Shown one piece after another: positions 51,920 through 60,523 of a stretch of 64,000 bases of DNA (positions are counted from its first letter, which is position 1; the number at the start of each line of letters is the position of its first letter). Where the stretch lies: NCBI GenBank assembly GCA_947501805.1, contig CANMXJ010000009.1, forward strand, positions 8,330 through 72,329, written 5' to 3'. The notes below the pieces were generated by a model that had not been told where the DNA came from, searched no databases, and worked only from the letters and a program-made list of their open reading frames with translations. Position numbers and translations under genes: made by a program. The DNA comes from an uncultured Sulfitobacter sp. (GTDB lineage: Bacteria; Pseudomonadota; Alphaproteobacteria; Rhodobacterales; Rhodobacteraceae).

Positions 51920-52150
51920 ATGGCTTTGACAGAGCAAAACACGCTGTGGCGTGAACAAAACGATCGTGTCAAAATCACATCTGTTTGGCGTGCCGTATGC
52001 GTTGCCTTGCAAGGTATCAAACCGCGCAGGCACCCTCATATCAAGGATATCAACGCCCATTACGCCCGCGACATCGGCCTATCCGCCAGCGATATCGCCT
52101 ATCATCAGCACCGGATGCCGTCACAGCACACACATCATCCGCGGGGCTGA
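51920..52150 (+). CDS. Small DUF1127-like protein
   Basis: GGTAGGA RBS; INAHYARDIGLSASDI resembles the DUF1127 (L.D..LRDIGL...D.) motif; divergent from LysR. Confidence 0.6.
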   Translation: MALTEQNTLWREQNDRVKITSVWRAVCVALQGIKPRRHPHIKDINAHYARDIGLSASDIAYHQHRMPSQHTHHPRG

Positions 52151-52190
52151 AACGCTTTCCCTGACCGTTGCTGCACGCTAGAGATAGCGT

Positions 52191-52532
52191 ATGACACGCA
52201 CCATTGATCAGGTCTTTGCCGCATTATCGGACCCCACACGCCGCGCGATCCTCGGGATGTTGTTGGAGGACGATATGGCCGTGACTGACGTAGCCGAACC
52301 ATTTGAAATGTCGCTGGCTGCGATTTCCAAACACCTGAACGTGCTGACCAATGCAAAATTGATTTCTCAGGAAAAGCGCGGGCGCGTGAAATGGTGCAAA
52401 CTGGAACCGGACGCGATGCGCGAAGCATCGATTTGGATGCAAGGGTTTGGACAGTTCGAGCCCGTTAATCTGGATGCTTTCGAACGCTTCTTGGCCGCCG
52501 AACTGCCGTCAGATGTTGAAAACGGCACCTGA
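52191..52532 (+). CDS. ArsR/SmtB family regulator
   Basis: FAALSDPTRRAIL, SLAAISKHLNVL, EKRGR. Confidence 0.92.
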   Translation: MTRTIDQVFAALSDPTRRAILGMLLEDDMAVTDVAEPFEMSLAAISKHLNVLTNAKLISQEKRGRVKWCKLEPDAMREASIWMQGFGQFEPVNLDAFERFLAAELPSDVENGT

Positions 52533-52551
52533 TCACAGGAGCCGTTTTTTT
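52519..52551. terminator. Intrinsic terminator overlapping the ArsR stop
   Basis: AAAACGGC-a-CCTG-atca-CAGG-a-GCCGTTTTTTT. Confidence 0.75.
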
Positions 52552-52560
52552 AAAGTTTCT

Positions 52561-52629
52561 TCAGAATACGAAGCGCACGATCGCCAAGACAATTACGACA
52601 AGGCCGACAAGATAGATAATGTTACGCAT
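52561..52629 (-). CDS. 22-aa single-TM small protein MRNIIYLVGLVVIVLAIVRFVF
   Basis: Strong GAAAGGA RBS 7 nt before ATG; fully hydrophobic helix; ends just before the ArsR terminator. Confidence 0.7.
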   Translation of the reverse strand: MRNIIYLVGLVVIVLAIVRFVF

Positions 52630-52690
52630 GGGGCGTCCTTTCAATTTCTAAGGACACAACGTCGCAGGCACACCAGCGGTTCCCAAAAAA

Positions 52691-53587
52691 TTACGAAACC
52701 TTTCGCGCCTCGTCATCCCGCAGCAGCAAAAGCAGTGCAACAACCGTCAATGCGACCCCTCCCATCACCAACACCGGCGGCACAGCATTGCCAAGCGCGA
52801 TTTCCCACACAATAACCCAGGACGGTGTGAGATAGGTATAGGCCATCACCTTGGCCGACGGCAGTCGCAAGGTAGAGAACTGCAGAAGAACCACCGTACA
52901 GGCCGTCGCAAAGAAGGCAGTGTAAAACAATGTGATCCAGACCATTGCAGGCAACTCCGACCAGTTGACTACCCTCAGCTCGGGCCACGCATAAATTGTC
53001 AGCAGAATTCCACCTGCAACAACCGTACCAAATGTGAAGGTCACCGCAGTTTCGCCCCGGTTCAAGCGCCGCACCATCGGGGCATAAAGCGCATGACTGA
53101 CACACCCGATGAAATAGATCGCCTCGCCCCGCCCGATATCAAACGCAATCAATGCGCCAAGATCAGCCCGAAAGATTACCCAAAGGGCACCCACGCCCCC
53201 TGTGGTTAGCGCCAACGCCATGCGGGGCGTCACGATCTGGCGCAATAGGAGCCATGCAAAACCCGCCGCCATCAACGGCACCAGCGTGAACACAGCTGCC
53301 GCGCTAACCGGCGGGGCAGTTTTCAATCCCTCAAACATCAATACGAAATAAATGCCAAAAAGCCCGCCAAGTATGCCGTACCGCCAGGGGGCTGCGAAAC
53401 TGCCAACGCCAAAACCGCCACGCAAGTAGGCAAGCATGCCAACGAAAACCGCCGCAAGCCAGAACCGCGCCGCAATGAACGCGGCCGGATCAATGTCGTT
53501 CGCCATCAATCCACCCAGCGAAAACGATCCCGCAACCAAAGCCGAAAACGCCAGCATCGCCAGATGACCTTGCGCACCGGGGCTCAA
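52691..53587 (-). CDS. DMT/EamA family transporter
   Basis: Ten TM helices in two EamA repeats; TTG start overlapping the LysR stop. Confidence 0.88.
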   Translation of the reverse strand: MSPGAQGHLAMLAFSALVAGSFSLGGLMANDIDPAAFIAARFWLAAVFVGMLAYLRGGFGVGSFAAPWRYGILGGLFGIYFVLMFEGLKTAPPVSAAAVFTLVPLMAAGFAWLLLRQIVTPRMALALTTGGVGALWVIFRADLGALIAFDIGRGEAIYFIGCVSHALYAPMVRRLNRGETAVTFTFGTVVAGGILLTIYAWPELRVVNWSELPAMVWITLFYTAFFATACTVVLLQFSTLRLPSAKVMAYTYLTPSWVIVWEIALGNAVPPVLVMGGVALTVVALLLLLRDDEARKVS

Positions 53588-54462
53588 AACAGGCTGCCCG
53601 CAGCGTGTTCCTTGATAAAGCGCAACAAAGCCTGCACTTTCGTTGTCCGGTGCAGGTCTACATGCGTGACAAGCCAAATCGGCGCAGACCACTCTGGCCG
53701 CGGCGCATGTATTTCTACAAGATCATCACTCTGTGCCGCTTCGGACTGCGCCAGAAAACCGATACCTGCTCCCGCACGAATTGCCGCCTCGGCCACGCCG
53801 GAATCTGTGCAGCGAAACCTGACGGCACTGTCCGGTATGTTCTCCCGTAGCCAGATATAAAAGGGTGCGCGGCTGTCGCGGTCTTCCGGTCCGACAAAGC
53901 GGTGCTCCGCATAATCCTGTGGTGTTTCCGGATAACCATATTCCGCAACATAGCCCTTGCTCGCGTAGGCACCTATTTGCAAATCCGTAAGGGGTTGCAC
54001 CACATTATCGGGTTGATCGGGCACTGTACCAGACCGGATCGCGACATGTGCCTCACCATATTCAAGCCGAAACAGCCGCTCACCGGTCAGATACCGCACA
54101 GTAAGGTTTTTGTGTTCCCTTTGAAACGCCGCAAGAATTGGCGCGACCTGATCTGCGAGAGAAGCCAATGAGGTGACAACCAAATCGCCAGATACGTCCG
54201 ACCCGCGCCCCTTTATGCGTCCCGCAAGTTGGCTAAACTGATCATCTGTTGCCTGCGCTACCCGCAACAAATCTTCCCCCGCTTCGGTCGGGTTGTATCC
54301 ACGCGCATGGCGTTGAAACAACTTCACGCCCAACCGCCCCTCTAGCGCATCTATATGGCGGATCACCGTTGCATGGTGTACGCCCAAAACCTCTGCCGCA
54401 CCGCTCACGGTTCCCATTCGGGCCACTTGAAAGGCAGTCCTGATCTCGTCCCAGTTGTCCAA
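53584..54462 (-). CDS. LysR family regulator
   Basis: WDEIRTAFQVARMGTVSGAAEVLGVHHATVIRHIDALE HTH; EAHVAIR; WLVTH.DL. Confidence 0.93.
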   Translation of the reverse strand: MDNWDEIRTAFQVARMGTVSGAAEVLGVHHATVIRHIDALEGRLGVKLFQRHARGYNPTEAGEDLLRVAQATDDQFSQLAGRIKGRGSDVSGDLVVTSLASLADQVAPILAAFQREHKNLTVRYLTGERLFRLEYGEAHVAIRSGTVPDQPDNVVQPLTDLQIGAYASKGYVAEYGYPETPQDYAEHRFVGPEDRDSRAPFYIWLRENIPDSAVRFRCTDSGVAEAAIRAGAGIGFLAQSEAAQSDDLVEIHAPRPEWSAPIWLVTHVDLHRTTKVQALLRFIKEHAAGSLF

Positions 54463-54750
54463 ACCAGCCTCCCTAGCGGCTCACATCTTAATCTATCTGC
54501 TGAACAACTACCGTTGGCCTCAAAAATGCAAGGATTGTGTTCATATAACGCCGCTGAACAATATTAGCGCATTTGATGGTATGTGAAGCCCGCTATCAGT
54601 ATTCGAAGGGTCGCAAATTGTTTATTATTCAGAAATAGGTTGTTTCCAGTCCTACACGAATATTCAACTCAGGGTGTCAGTGACAAAATGACAGCAATAT
54701 GTTACATAATTTTGACACATTTTAATCACTTTATCGCCATGGAGAATATT

Positions 54751-55356
54751 ATGAACAAAGTCAAACATTTGGCTGCAGTTGCGGCCCTTTTACTCGGAGG
54801 GACAACTGCGTCAGCAGCAACAGTTTCCTCAACGGGAGATTTCTTGGAGATCGCGGCACCTGCAAGCGTCACCAACGCGGCCCCCAGCAGTAATAGCAAT
54901 ATTTTTTACTTCAACGAAGTCCAGAATTACACCCTTTCGAGCGCGCTGACGACTGATACCGGTGTCTTGGCGGCTGGTACGCGCGTTGACAGCCACTTGT
55001 TTTTCCACAACCGCGTTGGCGGCGGCGTAAACACATTGAGTGGTACCCTCACTTTTGCAACAGCAATCCTTGGAACCATGTCGGATATCAACGGCGGCTT
55101 ACTTGACGCTTCCGATTTCCTCGGGGCTGTGGGTACAACCTACCAGAGCGGCTTCGCGAACCGTGGTCTTGAATCCAATGATTCACTTTCCTTTATTGGT
55201 GACACTGTAACGGCGTCTCTTGTTGTTTCGCAGCCTGGTGACTGGGTACGCGTTGTAACCGTTGCAGCCATTCCGGTACCGGCAAGCATTCTTTTGCTGC
55301 CCCTTGGCCTTGGTGCTCTTGGGGCCATTCGCCGTCGCCGTCGCAAACCAAGCTGA
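54751..55356 (+). CDS. VPLPA-CTERM (PEP-CTERM family) exosortase-target surface protein
   Basis: Signal peptide (ending ASA), Ser/Thr/Gly-rich beta body, C-terminal IPVPAS + TM helix + RRRRRK; GGAG RBS. Confidence 0.88.
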   Translation: MNKVKHLAAVAALLLGGTTASAATVSSTGDFLEIAAPASVTNAAPSSNSNIFYFNEVQNYTLSSALTTDTGVLAAGTRVDSHLFFHNRVGGGVNTLSGTLTFATAILGTMSDINGGLLDASDFLGAVGTTYQSGFANRGLESNDSLSFIGDTVTASLVVSQPGDWVRVVTVAAIPVPASILLLPLGLGALGAIRRRRRKPS

Positions 55357-55387
55357 ACGCGCCAAAGGCGGTAAAACACAACAGTTC

Positions 55388-55422
55388 GACCAAGGGCCTT
55401 GCAATGCGCAGGGCCCTTGGTC
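55388..55422. terminator. Stem-loop downstream of the VPLPA-CTERM gene
   Basis: GACCAAGGGCC...GGCCCTTGGTC IR. Confidence 0.6.
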
Positions 55423-55656
55423 CTTCTTCAGTTCGTTGGCGTCTTCAAACGGTCTGATCGGTGCCACGTCTTGACAGGCGCTCGGTCAAGAATTAGAGAT
55501 AACCAACCTCCGGAAGCCTAATTGTCTTCCGGTCCCCTTTTTCATTGGGGATCGCCCTCCGTCAGCGCGTTGCGCCCACGGGGGCATTTGTGCATTTTCG
55601 CGGTCGTCCCTACATAAGGGATATCCCGCAACCGAACCGAGAAAGGGCAACTGCCC

Positions 55657-57153
55657 ATGTTTGAGAACCTCAGCGAACGCCTTGGTAGCGTCTTTGACCG
55701 CCTGACCAAACAAGGTGCCTTGTCCGAAGAGGACGTAAAAACCGCCCTGCGCGAAGTGCGCGTGGCTTTGTTGGAAGCTGACGTCTCCCTGCCTGTTGCC
55801 CGAGATTTTGTCAAAGCAGTGCAGGAAAAGGCCACTGGCCAAGCTGTCACCAAATCCATCACACCGGGTCAGCAGGTCGTCAAGATCGTGCATGACGCGC
55901 TGATTGATGTGTTGAGCGGCGAAGGCGAGCCGGGCGCGCTCAAGGTCGATAACCCGCCCGCCCCGATCCTGATGGTCGGTCTGCAAGGGGGCGGTAAAAC
56001 CACTACAACCGCCAAGCTCGCCAAACGTCTCAAGGAAAAAGACGGCAAGCGCGTGCTGATGGCCTCGCTTGACGTGAACCGCCCTGCCGCGATGGAACAG
56101 CTTGCGATCCTTGGCGTGCAGATCGGCGTTGATACCTTGCCGATCGTCAAAGGCGAAGATCCCGTTGCGATCACAAAACGCGCCAAGACGCAGGCCGGTT
56201 TGGGCGGGTATGATGTCTATATGCTCGACACGGCGGGTCGCTTGTCCATCGACGAGGAATTGATGGCGCAGGTCGAAGCCGTGCGCGACGTTGTAACGCC
56301 GCGCGAAACGTTGCTGGTCGTCGACGGTCTGACAGGTCAGGACGCAGTGCATACGGCTGAAAATTTCGATGAACGCATCGGCATCACCGGCGTCGTCCTC
56401 ACCCGGATGGACGGCGATGGCCGTGGTGGTGCCGCCCTCTCCATGCGTGCCGTTACCGGCAAACCGATCAAATTCGTCGGCTTGGGCGAAAAGATGGACG
56501 CGCTCGAGACCTTCGAGCCGGAGCGCATCGCGGGCCGTATCCTCGGCATGGGCGACATTGTTGCCCTGGTCGAAAAGGCACAGGAAACCATCGAGGCCGA
56601 ACAGGCCGAAAAGATGATGAAGCGCATGGCCAAGGGGCAGTTCAACATGAACGACCTCAAGGCGCAGCTGGAGCAGATGATCAAAATGGGCGGCATGCAG
56701 GGCATGATGGGCATGATGCCCGGCATGGGCAAAATGGCCAAACAGGTTGAGGACGCAGGTCTGGATGACAAGGTTCTGGTGCGCCAGATCGCCCTGATCC
56801 AGTCCATGACCAAGAAAGAACGTGCCAACCCGCAAATCCTTCAGGCCAGCCGCAAAAAGCGGATCGCCAAAGGTGCGGGCATGGAGGTTTCCGACCTCAA
56901 CAAACTGATGAAAATGCACCGCCAGATGTCCGACATGATGAAGAAGATGGGCAAAATGGGTAAGGGCGGCATGCTCAAACAAGCCATGAAAGGCATGATG
57001 GGCAAAGGCAGCATGGATCCTGCAGCAATGGCACAAGGCATGGACCCCAAGGCGCTCGAAGCAGCCGCCAAGCAGATGGGCGGCAAGCTGCCCGGGATGG
57101 GCGGCGGTATGGGATTGCCTTCCGGTCTTTCGGGGTTTGGTAAGAAAAAATGA
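55657..57153 (+). CDS. ffh: Signal recognition particle protein Ffh
   Basis: GLQGGGKTTT, DTAGR, TRMDGDGRGG, RILGMGD, M domain. Confidence 0.98.
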   Translation: MFENLSERLGSVFDRLTKQGALSEEDVKTALREVRVALLEADVSLPVARDFVKAVQEKATGQAVTKSITPGQQVVKIVHDALIDVLSGEGEPGALKVDNPPAPILMVGLQGGGKTTTTAKLAKRLKEKDGKRVLMASLDVNRPAAMEQLAILGVQIGVDTLPIVKGEDPVAITKRAKTQAGLGGYDVYMLDTAGRLSIDEELMAQVEAVRDVVTPRETLLVVDGLTGQDAVHTAENFDERIGITGVVLTRMDGDGRGGAALSMRAVTGKPIKFVGLGEKMDALETFEPERIAGRILGMGDIVALVEKAQETIEAEQAEKMMKRMAKGQFNMNDLKAQLEQMIKMGGMQGMMGMMPGMGKMAKQVEDAGLDDKVLVRQIALIQSMTKKERANPQILQASRKKRIAKGAGMEVSDLNKLMKMHRQMSDMMKKMGKMGKGGMLKQAMKGMMGKGSMDPAAMAQGMDPKALEAAAKQMGGKLPGMGGGMGLPSGLSGFGKKK

Positions 57154-57671
57154 CCGCGATGACCGATCATATCCCGGTACTGGACACTCAGCGTCTGACC
57201 CTGCGCGCGCCCAAAAAGACGGATCTGCGCACGCTCACAGCGTTCTTTGAGACCGAGCGCAGTCATATGGTTGGCGGCCCGCGTGATGCAACGGGCAGTT
57301 TCACATCGCTCGCCTCGCGGATCGGACACTGGGCGCTGCACGGGTTCGGTCTGTGGCATATCGACAGTCGTGAGAACGGTGATTTTCTTGGGTGGGTCGG
57401 AATACTCAATCCACCGGATTGGGACGAGCCTGAACTGGGCTGGACCCTTTTCGCCCACGCCGAAGGCAAAGGCTATGCCTTTGAAGCCGCCCGCGCGGCC
57501 CGCGCATATGCTGCACAGGAATTCAAACTGGACAGGTTGATCAGCTACATTCGCGCTGACAATGCCCGCTCATTGGCGTTGGCCAAACGCCTTGGGGCCA
57601 CGTACAAACGTGATGGCACCGTGATGGGCACTCCCTGTCAGATCTGGCGCCACCCCAAGGAGGCCGCATGA
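57150..57671 (+). CDS. GNAT acetyltransferase (RimJ/RimL-like)
   Basis: LDTQRLTLR, ELGW, EGKGYAFEAA, DNARSLALAKRLG. Confidence 0.9.
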   Translation: MTAMTDHIPVLDTQRLTLRAPKKTDLRTLTAFFETERSHMVGGPRDATGSFTSLASRIGHWALHGFGLWHIDSRENGDFLGWVGILNPPDWDEPELGWTLFAHAEGKGYAFEAARAARAYAAQEFKLDRLISYIRADNARSLALAKRLGATYKRDGTVMGTPCQIWRHPKEAA

Positions 57672-57964
57672 CCGACGCTGTAAAACTCGCTGCCGAGGTG
57701 CTGAAAGAACACCGCGCCTCCATTGACCGACTGGATGCAATCCTTGTCTATACTCTGGGCGAGCGATTTAAACACACACAGGCTGTGGGAAAACTCAAAG
57801 CCGAACACGACCTTCCCCCGTCCGATCCAAACCGCGAAGCGGGCCAAATCGCACGGTTAGAAGATTTGGCGAACCGGGCCGATCTCGACCCCGAATTCGC
57901 CAAGAAGTTTCTCAACTTCATCATCGCTGAAGTCATTCAGCATCACAAAAAACACCAATCGTAG
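57668..57964 (+). CDS. Chorismate mutase (AroQ, monofunctional)
   Basis: RASIDRLDAILVYTLGERF, VGKLK, DPNRE. Confidence 0.9.
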   Translation: MTDAVKLAAEVLKEHRASIDRLDAILVYTLGERFKHTQAVGKLKAEHDLPPSDPNREAGQIARLEDLANRADLDPEFAKKFLNFIIAEVIQHHKKHQS

Positions 57965-57981
57965 GGTGGGTGAAATCCACC
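57961..57981 (+). repeat. GTAG-family REP-like element
   Basis: GTAG-GGTGG-gtgaaat-CCACC; its TAG is the chorismate mutase stop; single copy in this window. Confidence 0.5.
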
Positions 57982-58012
57982 GCCCTCAACAAAACCCAAA
58001 GGAACTAACACC

Positions 58013-58414
58013 ATGGCTATGAAAATTCGTCTTGCCCGCGGCGGCTCAAAAAAGCGCCCGTTTTACCGTATCGTTGCTGCTGACTCTCGCATGCCACGCG
58101 ACGGCCGCTTTATCGAAAAGCTGGGCACATATAACCCGCTCTTGCCGAAAGACAGCGAAGAGCGCGTGAAAATGGACGTTGAGAAAGTAAAAGAGTGGAT
58201 GGCCAAAGGCGCACAGCCAACAGACCGTGTGCGTCGTATGCTCGAAGCCGCTGGCGCATTGCCCAAGACAGAGCGTAGCAACCCGAAAAAAGGTACGCCT
58301 GGCAAGAAAGCACAAGATCGCGTTCAGGAGAAAGCCGACAAGGCCGCAGCCGCAGCGGAAGCCGCAGCAGCACCAGCCGAGGAAGCACCTGCCGAAGAAG
58401 CCGCAGCAGAATAA
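58013..58414 (+). CDS. rpsP: 30S ribosomal protein S16
   Basis: [18 protein letters not shown]...[14 protein letters not shown]; Ala/Glu-rich tail. Confidence 0.98.
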   Translation: MAMKIRLARGGSKKRPFYRIVAADSRMPRDGRFIEKLGTYNPLLPKDSEERVKMDVEKVKEWMAKGAQPTDRVRRMLEAAGALPKTERSNPKKGTPGKKAQDRVQEKADKAAAAAEAAAAPAEEAPAEEAAAE

Positions 58415-58432
58415 GAAAACAGGCACACCGGC

Positions 58433-59062
58433 ATGGATGAGTTTTCGCAAGATTTCCGTGCCGGTTTGCACGATCTGATGCGATGGCGGCGCGATGTGCG
58501 CCACTTTCGCACAGATCCGGTAGACGAGGCATTGGTGCGCCAATGCCTCGACACCTTTTCCCTCGCCCCTTCCGTGGGACTGTCAGAACCATGGCGCATT
58601 CTGCGTGTGAGCTCTGATACAGCCCGCGCAAAAACGATCCGGAACTTCAAAGACGCGAACGCCAAAGCCCTGACCGGATATACCGGCGATCAGGCGAAAC
58701 TTTATGCCTCGCTGAAACTGTCCGGGATGCAGGACGCGCCTGAACATTTCGCGATTTACTGCGATGATACGACAGACAAGGGCGCAGGCCTTGGCGCGAC
58801 CAGCATGCCTGAAATGCGCCGCTATTCCGTCGTGGGGGCGATCACGCTGATGTGGCTCACGGCGCGCAGCCTCGGACTTGGTATCGGCTGGGTTTCTGTC
58901 CTTGACCCTGACCGCCTGAACACTGATCTTAAGGTACCGGAAGGGTGGGCGCTGGTGGCCTATTTGTGCCTTGGTTGGCCGAACAAAAACACCCTGACGC
59001 CCGAATTGGAAACCAAAGGCTGGGAGGCCCGCGCCCCCGCCCTCATCATTGAAAGCCGCTGA
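58433..59062 (+). CDS. bluB: 5,6-dimethylbenzimidazole synthase
   Basis: WRRDVRHF, APSVGLSEPW, LKLSGMQDAP, GWVS, YLCLGWP. Confidence 0.9.
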   Translation: MDEFSQDFRAGLHDLMRWRRDVRHFRTDPVDEALVRQCLDTFSLAPSVGLSEPWRILRVSSDTARAKTIRNFKDANAKALTGYTGDQAKLYASLKLSGMQDAPEHFAIYCDDTTDKGAGLGATSMPEMRRYSVVGAITLMWLTARSLGLGIGWVSVLDPDRLNTDLKVPEGWALVAYLCLGWPNKNTLTPELETKGWEARAPALIIESR

Positions 59063-59211
59063 TGCGCCGCCTGATAATTCCATTGCTCACCCTTATCATC
59101 GGCTTTGCCGCCGGGATCTGGTATGACCGCCAGCAAATGGCAGTCGAATGCGCCAATGGCGAAGGCGAATGGACTGGCACAATCTGTGTGAACTCGGAGT
59201 TACTGCAATGA
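59062..59211 (+). CDS. 49-aa small membrane protein [49 protein letters not shown]
   Basis: TGATG overlap with bluB and ATGA overlap with rimM; N-terminal TM plus C-x11-C. Confidence 0.75.
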   Translation: MRRLIIPLLTLIIGFAAGIWYDRQQMAVECANGEGEWTGTICVNSELLQ

Positions 59212-59729
59212 GCGATCTGATCCCCGTCGGGGCCATAACCGGATCATACGGCGTGCGCGGCGAACTGCGCATCAAAAGCTATTGCGCGGTGCCCGAAGAA
59301 ATCGAGAACTACAGCCCGCTCTGGACCGAAGCGCGTGCCAAGCAATATGCGCTGGCAATCCTGCGTCCGATCAAAGGCGGCTTTGTCGCCCGAATTCCCG
59401 AAGTTGCGACCAAAGAAGAAGCCGATGCACTACGCGGGACAACGCTTTTTGCGCAGCGAAAGCAGTTGCCATCCCTGCCGGATGATGAATTCTATTACGC
59501 CGATCTGATCGGGCTTGAGGTCTACGACACCGGTGGCGTGCTTCTGGGTAAAGTCAAAACCGTTCATAATCACGGCGCGGATGATCTGCTGGAAATGCAA
59601 CTCGCAGGCACCTCCGATTTTGTGTTCATTCCCTTTACCAAGGCTGCCGTGCCCACAGTGGATATTGGTAAGGGCCGCATCGTGGCGGACCCTCCGCTTG
59701 GCACGATGCCTGAAAGCGCCGACAGCTGA
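59208..59729 (+). CDS. rimM: Ribosome maturation factor RimM
   Basis: [35 protein letters not shown]. Confidence 0.96.
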   Translation: MSDLIPVGAITGSYGVRGELRIKSYCAVPEEIENYSPLWTEARAKQYALAILRPIKGGFVARIPEVATKEEADALRGTTLFAQRKQLPSLPDDEFYYADLIGLEVYDTGGVLLGKVKTVHNHGADDLLEMQLAGTSDFVFIPFTKAAVPTVDIGKGRIVADPPLGTMPESADS

Positions 59730-60523
59730 TGCCACGCCGCATCATTATCCATGCGGGGTTTCACAAAACCGGCACGTCCACCATACAAGCGACTTTGCGC
59801 GAAAACCGTGTCGCGTTGAAAAAGCAGATCGCATTGCGATTGCGCTGGCATCTCAAAGATGTGGTGTCCGCCGCAAGGGGTTATTCCACAGATCATGATC
59901 CCCTGACGCTCATCAAGCTCCAGTCCCGCTTTGGCCAGATGGTTAACGAACTGCCGGGTATGCCTCGCCGCACCTTGATCATCTCTGCCGAGGAACTCTC
60001 GGGCCACCTGCCCGGGCGCGGCAACATCATGGATTACAGCGCCGCACCCGTCTTGCTTTATGCCTATTGGGAGATTGTAACAGCGCGCTATCCCGAAGCC
60101 GAAGTTCTCGTTTACGTCTCGACCCGCGACCCTGAAACATGGCTTGTCTCCGCCTATTGGGAGCACGTGAAGTCCTCCAGTATGACGATGGACTTCGACG
60201 CTTTTCGCCAGAAATACCACAAGGCCGCGGACCTCAATGGCATGGTCGCTGAAATTGCCAGCCGGGTGCCTGCTCCTGTGCATCGTCATCGTCTGGAAAA
60301 CTGTCGCGATCTGCCACTGGGGCCGACTGATCCGTTGCTAGATTTGTGCGATATTCCATTGTCACTTCGCCCGACTCTGGTACCGGTCCCAAAGACAAAT
60401 GTGCGCATGGGGGATAATGTGCTGCAGGCCCTGCTAGAAGCGAACCGCACCCAAACCGGGGACAGAGCGCGCAAAGAGGCCAAAGAGGCCATTCTCGCCC
60501 AAGCGCAAGCTGCCGCGTCATGA
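59729..60523 (+). CDS. Hypothetical protein, sulfotransferase-like
   Basis: IHAGFHKTGTSTIQ (PAPS-binding loop-like), ISAEELS, TRDPETWLVSAY. Confidence 0.65.
   Translation: MPRRIIIHAGFHKTGTSTIQATLRENRVALKKQIALRLRWHLKDVVSAARGYSTDHDPLTLIKLQSRFGQMVNELPGMPRRTLIISAEELSGHLPGRGNIMDYSAAPVLLYAYWEIVTARYPEAEVLVYVSTRDPETWLVSAYWEHVKSSSMTMDFDAFRQKYHKAADLNGMVAEIASRVPAPVHRHRLENCRDLPLGPTDPLLDLCDIPLSLRPTLVPVPKTNVRMGDNVLQALLEANRTQTGDRARKEAKEAILAQAQAAAS

Noticed and set aside
55486-57036. 516-aa antisense ORF opposite ffh
   Set aside because: Shadow frame produced by ffh's biased codon usage; no motifs, and it fully overlaps a certain gene
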